DNA of 64,000 bases from Candidatus Micrarchaeota archaeon CG1_02_51_15 (GCA_001871495.1 MNVG01000007.1:4322-68321), one strand, 5' to 3'; numbered from the stretch's first letter, positions 1-9,488 are shown. A program made the numbers and translations. Notes: a model not told the origin generated them from the sequence alone.

Positions 1-536
1 TCATCCTTGCTCTTGAGGCCCTTCTTGCCCAAACCATCTGGACGCATTGTCAAGGCAATCTTGCTATTTGGAATAGAGTCCTTCAAACTCACGGTTGCAA
101 TCTTTGCCTTCACCAAATCGCCTTTCTTGACGTTCTTCTTGGACTGCTTGCCAACCAAACAATCCGTCTTCTTGTCATAAGAAAGGAATTCGTTGGCAAC
201 TTGGGAAACGTGAACCAACCCGTCAATAGGGCCCATGCGCACGAACGCGCCGAACTCCACTATTTCGGTTATCTCACCTTCAATCACTTCGTTAACTTCA
301 GGAGTGAAAACCAATGCATCGAACTCGACTTCGCAAAACACCGCGCCGTCCCCTTGCAAAACCTTGCCCTTGGAACTGACAGACGCGTTATGCAAGCTGA
401 CTATAATTCCATGAGTCTTGTCAACAGTGCGCTCGTACTGCTCACGCAAGATTTCCAGCGCACCCTCGGAAATTTTCATCCCGAACAACTTCGGAGGAAT
501 ACGCACGACTTCCTTAAACGTCATCACACGATACAT
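1..536 (-). CDS. rpoE: DNA-directed RNA polymerase subunit E' (Rpo7/RpoE), C-terminus runs past window start
   Basis: Minus-strand translation MYRVMTFKEVVRIPPKLFG...EVIEGEITEIVEFGAFVRMGPIDGLVHVSQV...IALTMRPDGLGKKG. It aligns along its length with archaeal RpoE, including the S1 domain. The plus-strand ORF 201..908 is antisense to it and spurious. Confidence 0.8.
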   Translation of the reverse strand, partial: MYRVMTFKEVVRIPPKLFGMKISEGALEILREQYERTVDKTHGIIVSLHNASVSSKGKVLQGDGAVFCEVEFDALVFTPEVNEVIEGEITEIVEFGAFVRMGPIDGLVHVSQVANEFLSYDKKTDCLVGKQSKKNVKKGDLVKAKIATVSLKDSIPNSKIALTMRPDGLGKKGLKSKD

Positions 537-638
537 GAATCCTTTTTCACCCTGTTGCTTAATAGCCGTCAGTCAAAAACAAGCACAAAAATAGGAAAAT
601 ACTGGCTTAAAACCCTTTTGCAACCCCTATTTTTACTA

Positions 639-1016
639 TTACCTCACCCTCACCGGACGGCCTGCCTTCCAGAACACGACCTTAACCCTCTTTCCTTTAA
701 GCCCCGCCCTCAAAACGCGGTCGCCAGTACACACTCCTGCTCCAGAATGCGCACCCGCCCAAGCCAACACGGCCTCATCTGCTTTGCCTTCAACAACTTC
801 TACGCAAGCCGCTTTCGCAACCAACTCAAGCGCTGCTTTGGCCGCGTGCCTATCGCGCTCGCCGCCCGAAACCGCAATGTCCTTCAATTCCTCCACGCAA
901 GGCGATAGAACAACCAATTCCACCCTCTCGTCGAAGACCTCTTCCAACGGCGCCAAACTGGCGCGCTTGCGGAATACGTCCAACAAAAAATTCGTGTCCA
1001 ACAAAACCCTCAACAA
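639..1016 (-). CDS. PIN-domain protein (putative ribonuclease)
   Basis: 125 aa with an N-terminal MLRVLLDTNFLLD PIN signature and acidic residues in PIN-like positions. It is adjacent to rpoE, as in conserved archaeal neighbourhoods. Confidence 0.55.
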   Translation of the reverse strand: MLRVLLDTNFLLDVFRKRASLAPLEEVFDERVELVVLSPCVEELKDIAVSGGERDRHAAKAALELVAKAACVEVVEGKADEAVLAWAGAHSGAGVCTGDRVLRAGLKGKRVKVVFWKAGRPVRVR

Positions 1017-1096
1017 AACACCGCAATAACTATAACCGGCCTGCTAAAAAAAGAGTGCGTTATCAAGAAACACTATCGCCAATCGAATAAAGAAAG

Positions 1097-1245
1097 CGGG
1101 CTCGGCGGGATTTTCGGCCAAGCAAAAGCTGCAAAGCGTAGCATTTGCCTTGATTCGAACCCACGACCCCCTGGTTGCCTCCGAGATTCCGTTTTAAAGA
1201 ATTCGTTAAAAGCCAGGTGCTCTAGCCAAGCTGAGCTACGAGCCC
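1097..1245 (-). tRNA. tRNA-Lys(UUU) with two introns: canonical anticodon-loop intron and a 43-nt intron in the T-loop
   Basis: Minus-strand read: acceptor GGGCUCG pairs with CGAGCCC; D-arm GCUC/AGCUUGGCUA/GAGC; anticodon arm CCUGG-CUUUUA(intron)A-CCAGG; T-arm GUGGG-UUCGAAU-C(intron)CCGC. The mature length is about 75 nt after removing about 31 nt (anticodon loop) and 43 nt (T-loop, plus 1109..1151). A TATA-like element lies upstream. Confidence 0.6.
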
Positions 1246-1364
1246 GTTAACCTTGTTTTTATACAGCATTAAATAACTTTGTTTGCTTAAATAATCGGCT
1301 GGCGCCGCCTTTTTTCAACGGCGAATCGATTAAGTAAAACTTTTTTGAACAAGAGGTATTTGAA

Positions 1365-2021
1365 TTGAGGATTGTCTTATTGGGAGCCCCGGGAGCCGGT
1401 AAAGGAACGCAAGCCAGGCTGCTGGCGACGCACTTCATGATTCCTAACGTAGGCACGGGCCACATGTTCCGTGCAGCCGCCTCGGCAGACACCGAACTCG
1501 GCCGCGAAGTGAACAAATTCATACGCGAAGGCGCATTGGTTCCCGACGATATCGTAGTACGAATAGTGAAAGAACGGCTTTCCCACGCCGACGTAAGTAG
1601 CGGCTTCGTACTAGACGGATTTCCACGCACAGTACTTCAAGCCAACGAATTGGATGAAGCGCTTGAAGAAAAAGGAAGGAAGCTCGACGTAGTAATCTCG
1701 ATTGAAATAAAGGAATCTGAGTTGATAGAACGGCTTTCGCACCGCCGCACGTGCAGGCACTGCGGAACGGTTTACAACACGCTCTTCGAAAAACAACGGC
1801 CTAAAGAAGAAGGGGTTTGCGACAGGTGCGGCGGCGAGCTCGTCCAACGAAACGACGAAAATCCGGAAGTAATCAAGGAACGCCTGCGCATCTTCAACGA
1901 AAACAACGAACCGCTAGAAAAATACTATTCCAAGAAAGGGCTGCTCAAAAAAGTAGGAGCGTCCAACTACCTTACACCCCAACACGTTTTCGCAGACGTG
2001 CTGGCGGCACTCGCGAAGTAA
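1365..2021 (+). CDS. adk: adenylate kinase, bacterial-type long form with zinc-binding lid
   Basis: TTG start. P-loop GAPGAGKGTQ. Lid with CRHCG...CDRCGG (two CxxC pairs). Confidence 0.9.
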   Translation: MRIVLLGAPGAGKGTQARLLATHFMIPNVGTGHMFRAAASADTELGREVNKFIREGALVPDDIVVRIVKERLSHADVSSGFVLDGFPRTVLQANELDEALEEKGRKLDVVISIEIKESELIERLSHRRTCRHCGTVYNTLFEKQRPKEEGVCDRCGGELVQRNDENPEVIKERLRIFNENNEPLEKYYSKKGLLKKVGASNYLTPQHVFADVLAALAK

Positions 2022-2746
2022 CGCAGCAAATTCCGCGTGGCCTGCCTCGTTTCCCTCGACTGGATTGCCTGTTTCGACAGCACGCCTAATCTCATTAATA
2101 AGTTCAGGAGACAAGTGTCGACCATAATTTAAGGAATAACTTAAAGTTAGTCTTGTGTTCGAGCGACACTTCGCCTTTGGCGGTCGCGACGGATGGATTC
2201 CACAACCCGACAATCCATTGGGAACGAAAGACTGCTGGGCGTGGTCGACGTCCAAGCAAAGCCCATCGACTATCTTGGCGGCTTTTAACAAGAAGTGAGG
2301 ATAGCCTCCAACGCCGGTCACCATGCTATTAGACATGGTATTTTCAATCAAGACTTTCCCGAGTAACCGGCCCGTTCCTTTAACGCTATTACTTTCTTCA
2401 ATTCGGTTAAAGCGCGAATAGGATCGTTTCCAACTGCCGAAACATACGACCAGTGGACAACCACTTTACCCGCGCCCAGGGCTTTAGCAGAATCAAACGC
2501 GTTACCAAGCAAGACCGCCCGTTTGTTTGGATCTTGTTCGGACCAAATGGAATCGGGAAGGTGATATGATGCCGGATGTACTCCCAGTTCAGAAAAAACC
2601 TTGGGAAAATTTGAAGCATTTTCGTGGTCGGAAAGCAATCCGTGGACCTCGAAATGAGAATAGCCGACTTGTTGGACTTGTTCCTTCAACTGTCTTTCGT
2701 TCAACGCTGCCTTTCCGGCAAAAATCAGCCGCGCCAAGATATCCAA
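1914..2746 (-). pseudogene. xylose isomerase-like TIM-barrel (sugar phosphate isomerase/epimerase or AP endonuclease family 2) gene split by a frameshift
   Basis: Two adjacent minus-strand ORFs (2348..2746 and 1914..2351) switch frame near 2350-2370. Read through, the junction gives ...GKVLIENTM..., the conserved lxlEN motif. The downstream fragment has LCLDVDHA (lxlDxGH motif). Confidence 0.45.
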
Positions 2747-2820
2747 CCCCGTATTCGTCTCAAGCGGTAAGTACTAAGCCGCATGACCTGCGCGGTTCCA
2801 TCGCAGTCCGCATACCTTCT

Positions 2821-4035
2821 TCAGATGACTTGTGCAGTTCCATAGAGGCGCCAGCGGTTTTGGTTGCGGCGCATTACGGCAAGCACGTCACCGGTTTTTA
2901 CGCAAACCGGTTTTTTGAGTGTGAGTTCGAGCTTGCCTTTCTTGTAGGAGGTCACGAATCCAACAGTAGTTGCAGTTCCGATTCCGATTACCAGCGGCTC
3001 GTTAGGAATATTAAAGTCTTCGGATATTTTCTCGAGCCTGCGTTCAAGCGGCTTTGCCTGCGCAAAGAAAGTAAGCCGCGGTTGAGGCAGTACCCCCGGC
3101 TTGGCGACAAACGAGCCTACCATCGAGTCGGCGTGGGTTATTGCAGGGTCGAGCTCGGTGCCTACGCCTATAAGGCCGCCGGGAGTGGCTTCCTTGAGTT
3201 GTTCACCGCCTGCGTTGAGACTGGTTATTTTTGTGCGCAGCGGCGCATATGTTTCGCGTTCTTTTTTTACGTGAAGCACTCCGGGAAGTATTTCGATTTC
3301 GTCGCCAATTTTCAGCGTTCCTTGAAGGATGGACCCGCCGATTACGCCGCCAACGAGTTTCGATATTTTCGAGCCCGGCTTGTTTATGTCAAAGCTCCGC
3401 GCAACGTACATCAAGGGCTCTTGCGTCGCGTCGCGCTTGGGCGTCGGGAAATTGCGTTCCAATACATCGACCAACGCGTCCAAGTTGAGTTTCGAGTTTG
3501 CAGCAGTAGGGATTATTTCGGCACCTGAATAAGGAGTGTCTTTAAGGAATTCCTTGATTTGCTTGTAGTGAGTAATAGCCTGCTCGCGGGAAACCAAGTC
3601 TACCTTGTTTTGGGCAACGACTATCTTCTTGACCTTAGCCGCTTCCAAAACCATCAAGTGTTCGATAGTCTGCGGCTGGGGGCATTTTTCGTTGGCGGCA
3701 ATCACGAACAACGCGCCGTCGATTATACTGCTTGCGGCAATGGTTGTTGCAAGAAGGGTTTCGTGGCCCGGCGCGTCAACAAAAGAAATTTTGCGCACTT
3801 CCTTAACGGCAGACCCGCAGTGCTTGCATTTTTCTTCCAATGAATAGCATTTGGGGGCAGGGCACTTCGGACATTTTTTAACAGTAAAGTCGGCGTAGCC
3901 CAAGCGAATGGTTATTCCACGTTTTAGTTCTTCGCTATGGGCGCTGGTCCACCTGCCAGTCAAAGCACCTATCAGCGTGGTCTTGCCATGATCCACGTGG
4001 CCTGCAGTCATTATGTTAAGTTCGGCTTGAGCCAA
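2821..4035 (-). CDS. eif2g: translation initiation factor aIF-2 gamma subunit
   Basis: GHVDHGKTTL G1 motif. Zinc ribbon CPKCPAPKC...CKHCG. DAPGHE and NKVD motifs. Domains II and III present. 404 aa. Confidence 0.92.
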   Translation of the reverse strand: MAQAELNIMTAGHVDHGKTTLIGALTGRWTSAHSEELKRGITIRLGYADFTVKKCPKCPAPKCYSLEEKCKHCGSAVKEVRKISFVDAPGHETLLATTIAASSIIDGALFVIAANEKCPQPQTIEHLMVLEAAKVKKIVVAQNKVDLVSREQAITHYKQIKEFLKDTPYSGAEIIPTAANSKLNLDALVDVLERNFPTPKRDATQEPLMYVARSFDINKPGSKISKLVGGVIGGSILQGTLKIGDEIEILPGVLHVKKERETYAPLRTKITSLNAGGEQLKEATPGGLIGVGTELDPAITHADSMVGSFVAKPGVLPQPRLTFFAQAKPLERRLEKISEDFNIPNEPLVIGIGTATTVGFVTSYKKGKLELTLKKPVCVKTGDVLAVMRRNQNRWRLYGTAQVI

Positions 4036-4095
4036 AAGAATTTACCTCTATAGTGCGACGAAGTATTTGTGAAGACAGCCAGTTATTAATGTTTG

Positions 4096-4554
4096 TTAAA
4101 GCAGCCGCGCTTCCTTGGGCTTTGGGAATTCCGCGAGTTTTTGCCTCTGGAATTCGCTTAAGTGCGCTTCTTTCAACTCGAGTTCTCCAAAAAGCACGAA
4201 CGAACGCCGCATTCCCTTAACGTCTTTAACGCCAAGCACGAATACCTCTGCGCCTGCAGGCGTACTCACTTGCTTCAACAACACGTCGCGCGAGTTTGGA
4301 TCTGCAAAACGGCCCAGCTTGTTTTCCAAGTTGGATACGCAATGCATTTTAGCAGGCTCCGCTGACTGGTAATACTGCCGTATGCTTTCGTACTGCGCAT
4401 TCAAGTCAATTGACTCGACTAAAGTCAATCCTGAATAATCCGAGCCGAATCCTTCGACTTTCTCGAGCGGAAAGTGTTTTTCTTCGTCCAAGGCAAAGCC
4501 CTTGGATTCGATTAGTTTTATTACCTTGCTTATTTCAATAAGCGCTTCAGCCAT
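4096..4554 (-). CDS. hypothetical protein (152 aa) probably co-transcribed with lysK
   Basis: ORF begins 8 nt after the lysK stop on the same strand. I recognise no motif. Confidence 0.4.
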   Translation of the reverse strand: MAEALIEISKVIKLIESKGFALDEEKHFPLEKVEGFGSDYSGLTLVESIDLNAQYESIRQYYQSAEPAKMHCVSNLENKLGRFADPNSRDVLLKQVSTPAGAEVFVLGVKDVKGMRRSFVLFGELELKEAHLSEFQRQKLAEFPKPKEARLL

Positions 4555-4561
4555 TCGGCAC

Positions 4562-6169
4562 TCAACCTTTTCCGCTCAGCCGTTGTGCAACCAGCTTGCA
4601 GTCCAACGCGTTTGCAAACGAAACCAAGCGCGGCCCGCGTTCGCGGCCCAAAAGAATTGCGTAAGCGGCTTTGAAAAATTCCGAGGTTGAAACCCCGCGT
4701 TCTGCGCACAGGCTTTTTATCGCAGAAGTCTGTTCAGCCTCGCTTTTGCCTGCTTCAATCAAACCCGCAAAGTCGGTCAGAGCGCGCTTCACCCCTTCGG
4801 ACAACAACACGTATTTCTCGCTTGCTTCCTGCCACGGAAGTATCCTTATTTTGAACTCATCTGCAGCAAAGCTTTCCACCCAGTTTTTGGCAAGGCGCAA
4901 ACGGTTTAACGCGCTCTCCTCGTCTTCATCCGACGCGCCGTCCAAATGGCCTAACTGGCGGAGTTTTTCAAGCGCCGCATTCTCGTCAAGAACTTGAATC
5001 AACGCAGCTGCAAAAGAATACGAAACGCGTACAGGCTGTTTTTCTGGAATCGTTGAAACCGCAAGTTCGTACATTCTCCTTGCATTCTCCTCGCGGTTTT
5101 CAGTCCTGGCTTCTGCCTTGCCGAAGTAAACGCGTTCGGCTTCGTCGAACTCGTCAGCCAATTGGAAGACCCTGCTTAATTCCAAATCGCGTTGTTTCTC
5201 AGGCCGCTTGACGTAAAAAAAGTTGAACACTTCCTTCTCAACGAGTTTAAGCATGTCCTGGACAACGTAGACGTTGCCCTTACTGGCACTCATTTTCTCG
5301 CCGTTTACCATGAAAAACTCGTACACGAACGGAATCGGCGGAACGGTTCCGTAAATTGCAGGCATTATTTCAAGCACGCTCTTCCAGCTTCCTTCCGCGT
5401 GGTCTTTTCCAAAAGGCTCGAAAGTAGTGCGGAACAGCGACATCAAAGCAGGCCATTCAAAGCGCCACTGCAGTTTTCCCTCGCTCCAAGGCGCGTCACC
5501 TACAAAGCCACAGCCTTCCGCCTTTTTTTTCTTTATCGACTTTCCGCCGCAAGTAAAGTGAACCGTCTTGTTATCCAAGTCAAAAGAGTCTACCGGAGTA
5601 AGCACTCCGCACTCGGGACATATAACGTCGAAAGGAAGGTAATCTTGGGCCTTAGTGGACTGGAACTTGGCAGCAAGCTTGCCGGCTTCAGGAGCCTTTT
5701 CAAACATCATGCGCACAAACGGCTCCATCTTACCGCTTTCATACAATTGATTGAGGGAGTAAAGCTCGGGATCGCAGTCCAACGAGTACACCCCGCGCAT
5801 CCACACTTCCGTAAAGTGTTCGCTCCAGCTCTTGCAGCAGCCAAACGGGTCGGGAACGCGACACAACGGCCTTCCCAAATACTTTCCTATTTCCGGAAAC
5901 TGCTTTGAGTCATGCCACTTGGCATCCAAGTCGGCAATGCGCGCCGGAACGTCTTTCAACGGGTCGCGGTCGTCGGTAGTGTGGACAAACTCGCATTCCA
6001 AACCCATTTCACGCACTGCTTTAACGGGGAACCACGCGCGCAGCACGTCATTCAAATTGCCGATGTGCTTGCCGCCACTGGGCGTCTGCTGGCACTTGAC
6101 ATTAGGCGTACGTCCCTCTGCTTTGGAACGCGCAACAATCTGTTCGGCAAGCGAGTCGGCCCAGTGCAT
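4562..6169 (-). CDS. lysK: lysyl-tRNA synthetase, class I (archaeal type)
   Basis: MHWADSLAEQIV N-terminus. HIGH-region TPSGGKHIGN. KMSASKGN (KMSKS). C-terminal RGPRL. 535 aa. Collinear with Pyrococcus LysK. Confidence 0.9.
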   Translation of the reverse strand: MHWADSLAEQIVARSKAEGRTPNVKCQQTPSGGKHIGNLNDVLRAWFPVKAVREMGLECEFVHTTDDRDPLKDVPARIADLDAKWHDSKQFPEIGKYLGRPLCRVPDPFGCCKSWSEHFTEVWMRGVYSLDCDPELYSLNQLYESGKMEPFVRMMFEKAPEAGKLAAKFQSTKAQDYLPFDVICPECGVLTPVDSFDLDNKTVHFTCGGKSIKKKKAEGCGFVGDAPWSEGKLQWRFEWPALMSLFRTTFEPFGKDHAEGSWKSVLEIMPAIYGTVPPIPFVYEFFMVNGEKMSASKGNVYVVQDMLKLVEKEVFNFFYVKRPEKQRDLELSRVFQLADEFDEAERVYFGKAEARTENREENARRMYELAVSTIPEKQPVRVSYSFAAALIQVLDENAALEKLRQLGHLDGASDEDEESALNRLRLAKNWVESFAADEFKIRILPWQEASEKYVLLSEGVKRALTDFAGLIEAGKSEAEQTSAIKSLCAERGVSTSEFFKAAYAILLGRERGPRLVSFANALDCKLVAQRLSGKG

Positions 6170-6233
6170 AGCCTAGAAATAAGGAAGGAAGAAAATAATA
6201 AAGGACATGGAACGCCTGCCTGCGCGCGCAAAA

Positions 6234-7895
6234 CTATTGCTTCTTGCTGAACATTGCTTCGATGAGCGCGCCGTAGGCAGGCCGAGTGACGAATATTCCT
6301 ATGAGCAATCCTATTATAGTCGAAAGTGCGAAGCCGATTACTTCCACTACCCCTGAAAGGATTAGGGGAATCATGGACGCAACCGCAACGCCTGCAGTGG
6401 TAAAGATTATGTAGAATGCGCGGGCAATACGTTCTTTAGCCTCACGCTTATCCTGCTTTTCTTCCGCGCTAGAAGCGGGGTCGCTTCCTTTCTTGCGCTT
6501 GAGGACCTCGTCGGTAATGATGAGCTGGTCGTCAACTCCCTTTCCGATTAAGGTAATAATCCCGGCCATGGCTCCCAAGTCAATGGTACCTATTGCACCC
6601 ATTATTGCAATCAAAATCAATATTTCGGAGACGTTGGTTATCATTATCGGGATTGCCAACGCAATCGTACGGTAACGCAATACTATTACTATTGAGACGC
6701 AGACTATTGCAACCAGCAACGCGACCCAACTGTAGCTCAAAAAGCGTTCTCCCAAAGAAGGCGCGACAACGTAAGAACTGCCTATCACCGTGTTTACCGG
6801 CAGTTTTCCGCCTGAGAGCACGCTCTTCAAGTGCTTCAACTCGGCAACTGCATACGCTTCCTTTTCCGCGTCGGTTGTTCCCACGGCGGTTCCGCTGATT
6901 GAATAAAACTGTGAAACATAGCCGTTAGCCAAGCCGGCGCTCAACACTGGAGCAGAAAGCAATCCGATTGCAGACCACCGCGTAATCCCGCCGCCTGGCG
7001 CAGATGAAAACTCGGGCGACATTTCAGAATCTTCTTTTTCAACCAGTATTCTAGTGGAAACCGCAGAAGAATTGTCTTGCTCGGAAGCTATTTGTGTCAA
7101 CGGCTTGAATCCCATTGTAATTATCTGATAGTAAACTTCGGGCCGAGTTTCCTTAAGCTTCTTGCTTACTACCAGCTTGGTCTTGTTTAACAAAATGTCT
7201 TTGCTTGCAGTAAAGTCTTCTGCATAAACCAATAAAAGGTCGTCGTCCTGTTTATGAAGCGCCTCGGAAACAGCTTTCGACGAAGCAAGGCCCAGTGAGA
7301 AGTTAAGGGAATTACGTTCGAGAATGATTGCCGCATTCTCGGGACGGTCTAAAAACAATTGCACGGGAAAATCGGCTTTGCCCAAAGCAGCCTGTGCAAA
7401 ACGCTCGCCGCCCTCGCGCCGCACTACGAAATCAAGTTCCCACTTGTCGGAACGCGAGTTGCGGGGAGTCGACTCGCTGCCTGCGCCGCCGACTGCAACC
7501 ATATCGTCGCCTGAAAGCGCCTGCTTGCCGTCGATAATCGCCTCAAACCGGCCTTGCTCGCGCAACAACGCCTCAATGCTCTGTATTGCATCCGCGTCGG
7601 CTCTGGGCACTTCCACGACTATTTCGCGGTCACCTAACGACTGGACAACCGACTGCTTCAAGCCGTACTTGTTTATACGCGCTTTAATGACTTCAACCAT
7701 AGTAGCCATCGTAGACTGGTCCACCGCCCTCTCAAGAGTGATTGGAATACGCACGCCTCCGGTGAACTCAATGCCGAAATTAGTGTCCAGCGTGGCAGGA
7801 TTCAAGTCCCGCAAAAACATTACCGCAAGAGCCAAGACTACGCAAACCGCTGCAAAACGAACGCGGTTATCCCCTGCAAGCGAACCTAAATCCAT
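6234..7895 (-). CDS. secD: protein-export membrane protein SecD
   Basis: 553 aa with an N-terminal TM helix, then FGIEFTGG, a large periplasmic domain and C-terminal multi-TM domain. Follows secF. Confidence 0.75.
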   Translation of the reverse strand: MDLGSLAGDNRVRFAAVCVVLALAVMFLRDLNPATLDTNFGIEFTGGVRIPITLERAVDQSTMATMVEVIKARINKYGLKQSVVQSLGDREIVVEVPRADADAIQSIEALLREQGRFEAIIDGKQALSGDDMVAVGGAGSESTPRNSRSDKWELDFVVRREGGERFAQAALGKADFPVQLFLDRPENAAIILERNSLNFSLGLASSKAVSEALHKQDDDLLLVYAEDFTASKDILLNKTKLVVSKKLKETRPEVYYQIITMGFKPLTQIASEQDNSSAVSTRILVEKEDSEMSPEFSSAPGGGITRWSAIGLLSAPVLSAGLANGYVSQFYSISGTAVGTTDAEKEAYAVAELKHLKSVLSGGKLPVNTVIGSSYVVAPSLGERFLSYSWVALLVAIVCVSIVIVLRYRTIALAIPIMITNVSEILILIAIMGAIGTIDLGAMAGIITLIGKGVDDQLIITDEVLKRKKGSDPASSAEEKQDKREAKERIARAFYIIFTTAGVAVASMIPLILSGVVEVIGFALSTIIGLLIGIFVTRPAYGALIEAMFSKKQ

Positions 7896-7910
7896 GAAAC
7901 AAAATACACC

Positions 7911-9056
7911 CTAGTTTTTCTTGCGCTCCACCCACCAAAGCACTATTGCCGCGTTGGCGCACCAAGTTGCAAACAAGTCAACGATACTCCCTATTACCGC
8001 AACCAACCCGATAGTGTAGTAAACCTCGATTTGAAGTAGCATACCGAAAATCGCGAGAATGCCGAACGCAACCACGCTAGTCACGTTCATCATCGCGCCG
8101 GTCTTGAAGGCATCGAAAGCCCGCGCCGCAGGCGAGTCCTCCGAACGCTTCAACACGCGAATAGTCAACAGCATGTCCGTATCCAACGAGAACCCTATAA
8201 GCATCAACAGCGTTGCAACCGTAGCCAAGTTAAGGGGAATGGCGAACAAGCTCATTGCCCCCAGCGTAACGATTACGTCGGTAGCAGCCCCGAAAATAAC
8301 GGCAAAACTCGGACCCAACGACCGGAATACTATCAAAACCACTATTGCCGACAAAATAAACGAGTACAAGACGAATTCGCGCGTCTTAATGAAGAAAAAC
8401 TGACTCAACACGCTGCCAACTTCACGCAACGAAACCGCCGCATTCGGTGCAACCTGCTTTACAACCACAAGCAACTGCTCGCGGTAACGCCCTTTAGCAG
8501 CAGTGAACTCGTCACGGGCAAGCTTTACTGCCCCGTGAACGTCGGAAGGCAACGCCGCAGAAGAACCAATCAAAGCCAGCAAGTCTTTAGCATCCGAATA
8601 AACTTTGGCCCGCATTGCATCGGCCGATTGCTGCGCAGCATACGCTTGGGACGCCAGGCTGGAATCGTTTTTCGCCTGTTCTGCAAAATAAGAAGCGTTA
8701 AGCTCGGCCGAAATCAAGTCCTTTTCAGACGCCTCCAAAGCAAAAAGCTTCTCGGAAGCAATTTCAAGCGCTTCGTTGTTGCTCATTTCAATCTCGATTC
8801 CCGAACCAGTCGGGTTCTCGAAACCCCGAACCGACAAGTCCTTGGAAAACGACGAAAACCTTTCTCTAAGCAAGTCAACATCAACAGGCTCCGCAGACTG
8901 CACCGTAATACGCAAGCCTCCTCTCAACTCTATTCCAGTAGGAATTCCTTTGACGAAAATAATTGCGAAAGAGGCAATCAATAGGATTAAGGGAATGACC
9001 GCAAGCAGGCGGTAATCTTTTTTTTCATAAAAGTTCGGAATCAAGCCAAGAACCAA
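7911..9056 (-). CDS. secF: protein-export membrane protein SecF
   Basis: 381 aa with a TM helix, then GIELRGG (SecF GIDFxGG motif) and C-terminal polytopic TM bundle. secF-secD order as in other archaea. Confidence 0.75.
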   Translation of the reverse strand: MVLGLIPNFYEKKDYRLLAVIPLILLIASFAIIFVKGIPTGIELRGGLRITVQSAEPVDVDLLRERFSSFSKDLSVRGFENPTGSGIEIEMSNNEALEIASEKLFALEASEKDLISAELNASYFAEQAKNDSSLASQAYAAQQSADAMRAKVYSDAKDLLALIGSSAALPSDVHGAVKLARDEFTAAKGRYREQLLVVVKQVAPNAAVSLREVGSVLSQFFFIKTREFVLYSFILSAIVVLIVFRSLGPSFAVIFGAATDVIVTLGAMSLFAIPLNLATVATLLMLIGFSLDTDMLLTIRVLKRSEDSPAARAFDAFKTGAMMNVTSVVAFGILAIFGMLLQIEVYYTIGLVAVIGSIVDLFATWCANAAIVLWWVERKKN

Positions 9057-9168
9057 CTCGAATAAGGTAGTAATAACAAGAAAATAGGGTCAACCAACCT
9101 TAAAAAACCCCCACGCCGCCCCTCCGCCGACAAGGATTAATAATTCGCGCAGCCAAAAAGATACTCGT

Positions 9169-9294
9169 GCAGGGGTGGCAGAGTCTGGTCAAACCCGCTT
9201 GTTTTTCACGGTCGAAACCAGGAGGGAACTTGATGCGCAGGACTCAGAATCCTGTGGCCTAGCGCCTGCGAGGGTTCAAATCCCTTCTCCTGCA
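9169..9294 (+). tRNA. tRNA-Leu(CAG) with a 39-nt non-canonical intron in the D-arm (between positions 22 and 23)
   Basis: Acceptor GCAGGGG pairs with CUCCUGC (one G-U). D-stem GCAG / C+(intron 9195..9233)+UGC. Anticodon arm CAGGA-CUCAGAA-UCCUG. Long variable arm. T-arm GAGGG-UUCAAAU-CCCUU. Discriminator A. The ORF 9175..9459 is spurious. Confidence 0.6.
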
Positions 9295-9488
9295 CTCTTA
9301 CTTATTAAGCTCGATTTGGCTACTGCCTTTAAGACATTCTGCAAGCCCGAAAAAGTCGTCGGCATGTCCTTCCAAGCCGCGGGATTGGCGGCGCCGATAC
9401 CTTTCCGACGGTACGCGCACTCAAACCGCGTTTATAACACAGCTTATTCTAAACTTTAAAACATACTTCACATATCAACATTAAACAC

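Noticed and set aside
201-908. 235-aa plus-strand ORF in the ORF track
   Set aside because: It lies antisense to the well-conserved rpoE (1..536) and the PIN gene and has no recognisable motifs, so it is an overprinting artefact.
2527-3528. 333-aa plus-strand ORF and other ORFs antisense to eif2g, the thermosome gene (19321..20624), valS and lysK
   Set aside because: These are long antisense ORFs inside strongly conserved genes. The high-GC third positions of the real genes create open antisense frames.
9175-9459. 94-aa ORF MAESGQTRLFF...
   Set aside because: It overlaps tRNA-Leu(CAG) with its D-arm intron. The RNA gene is the real feature.
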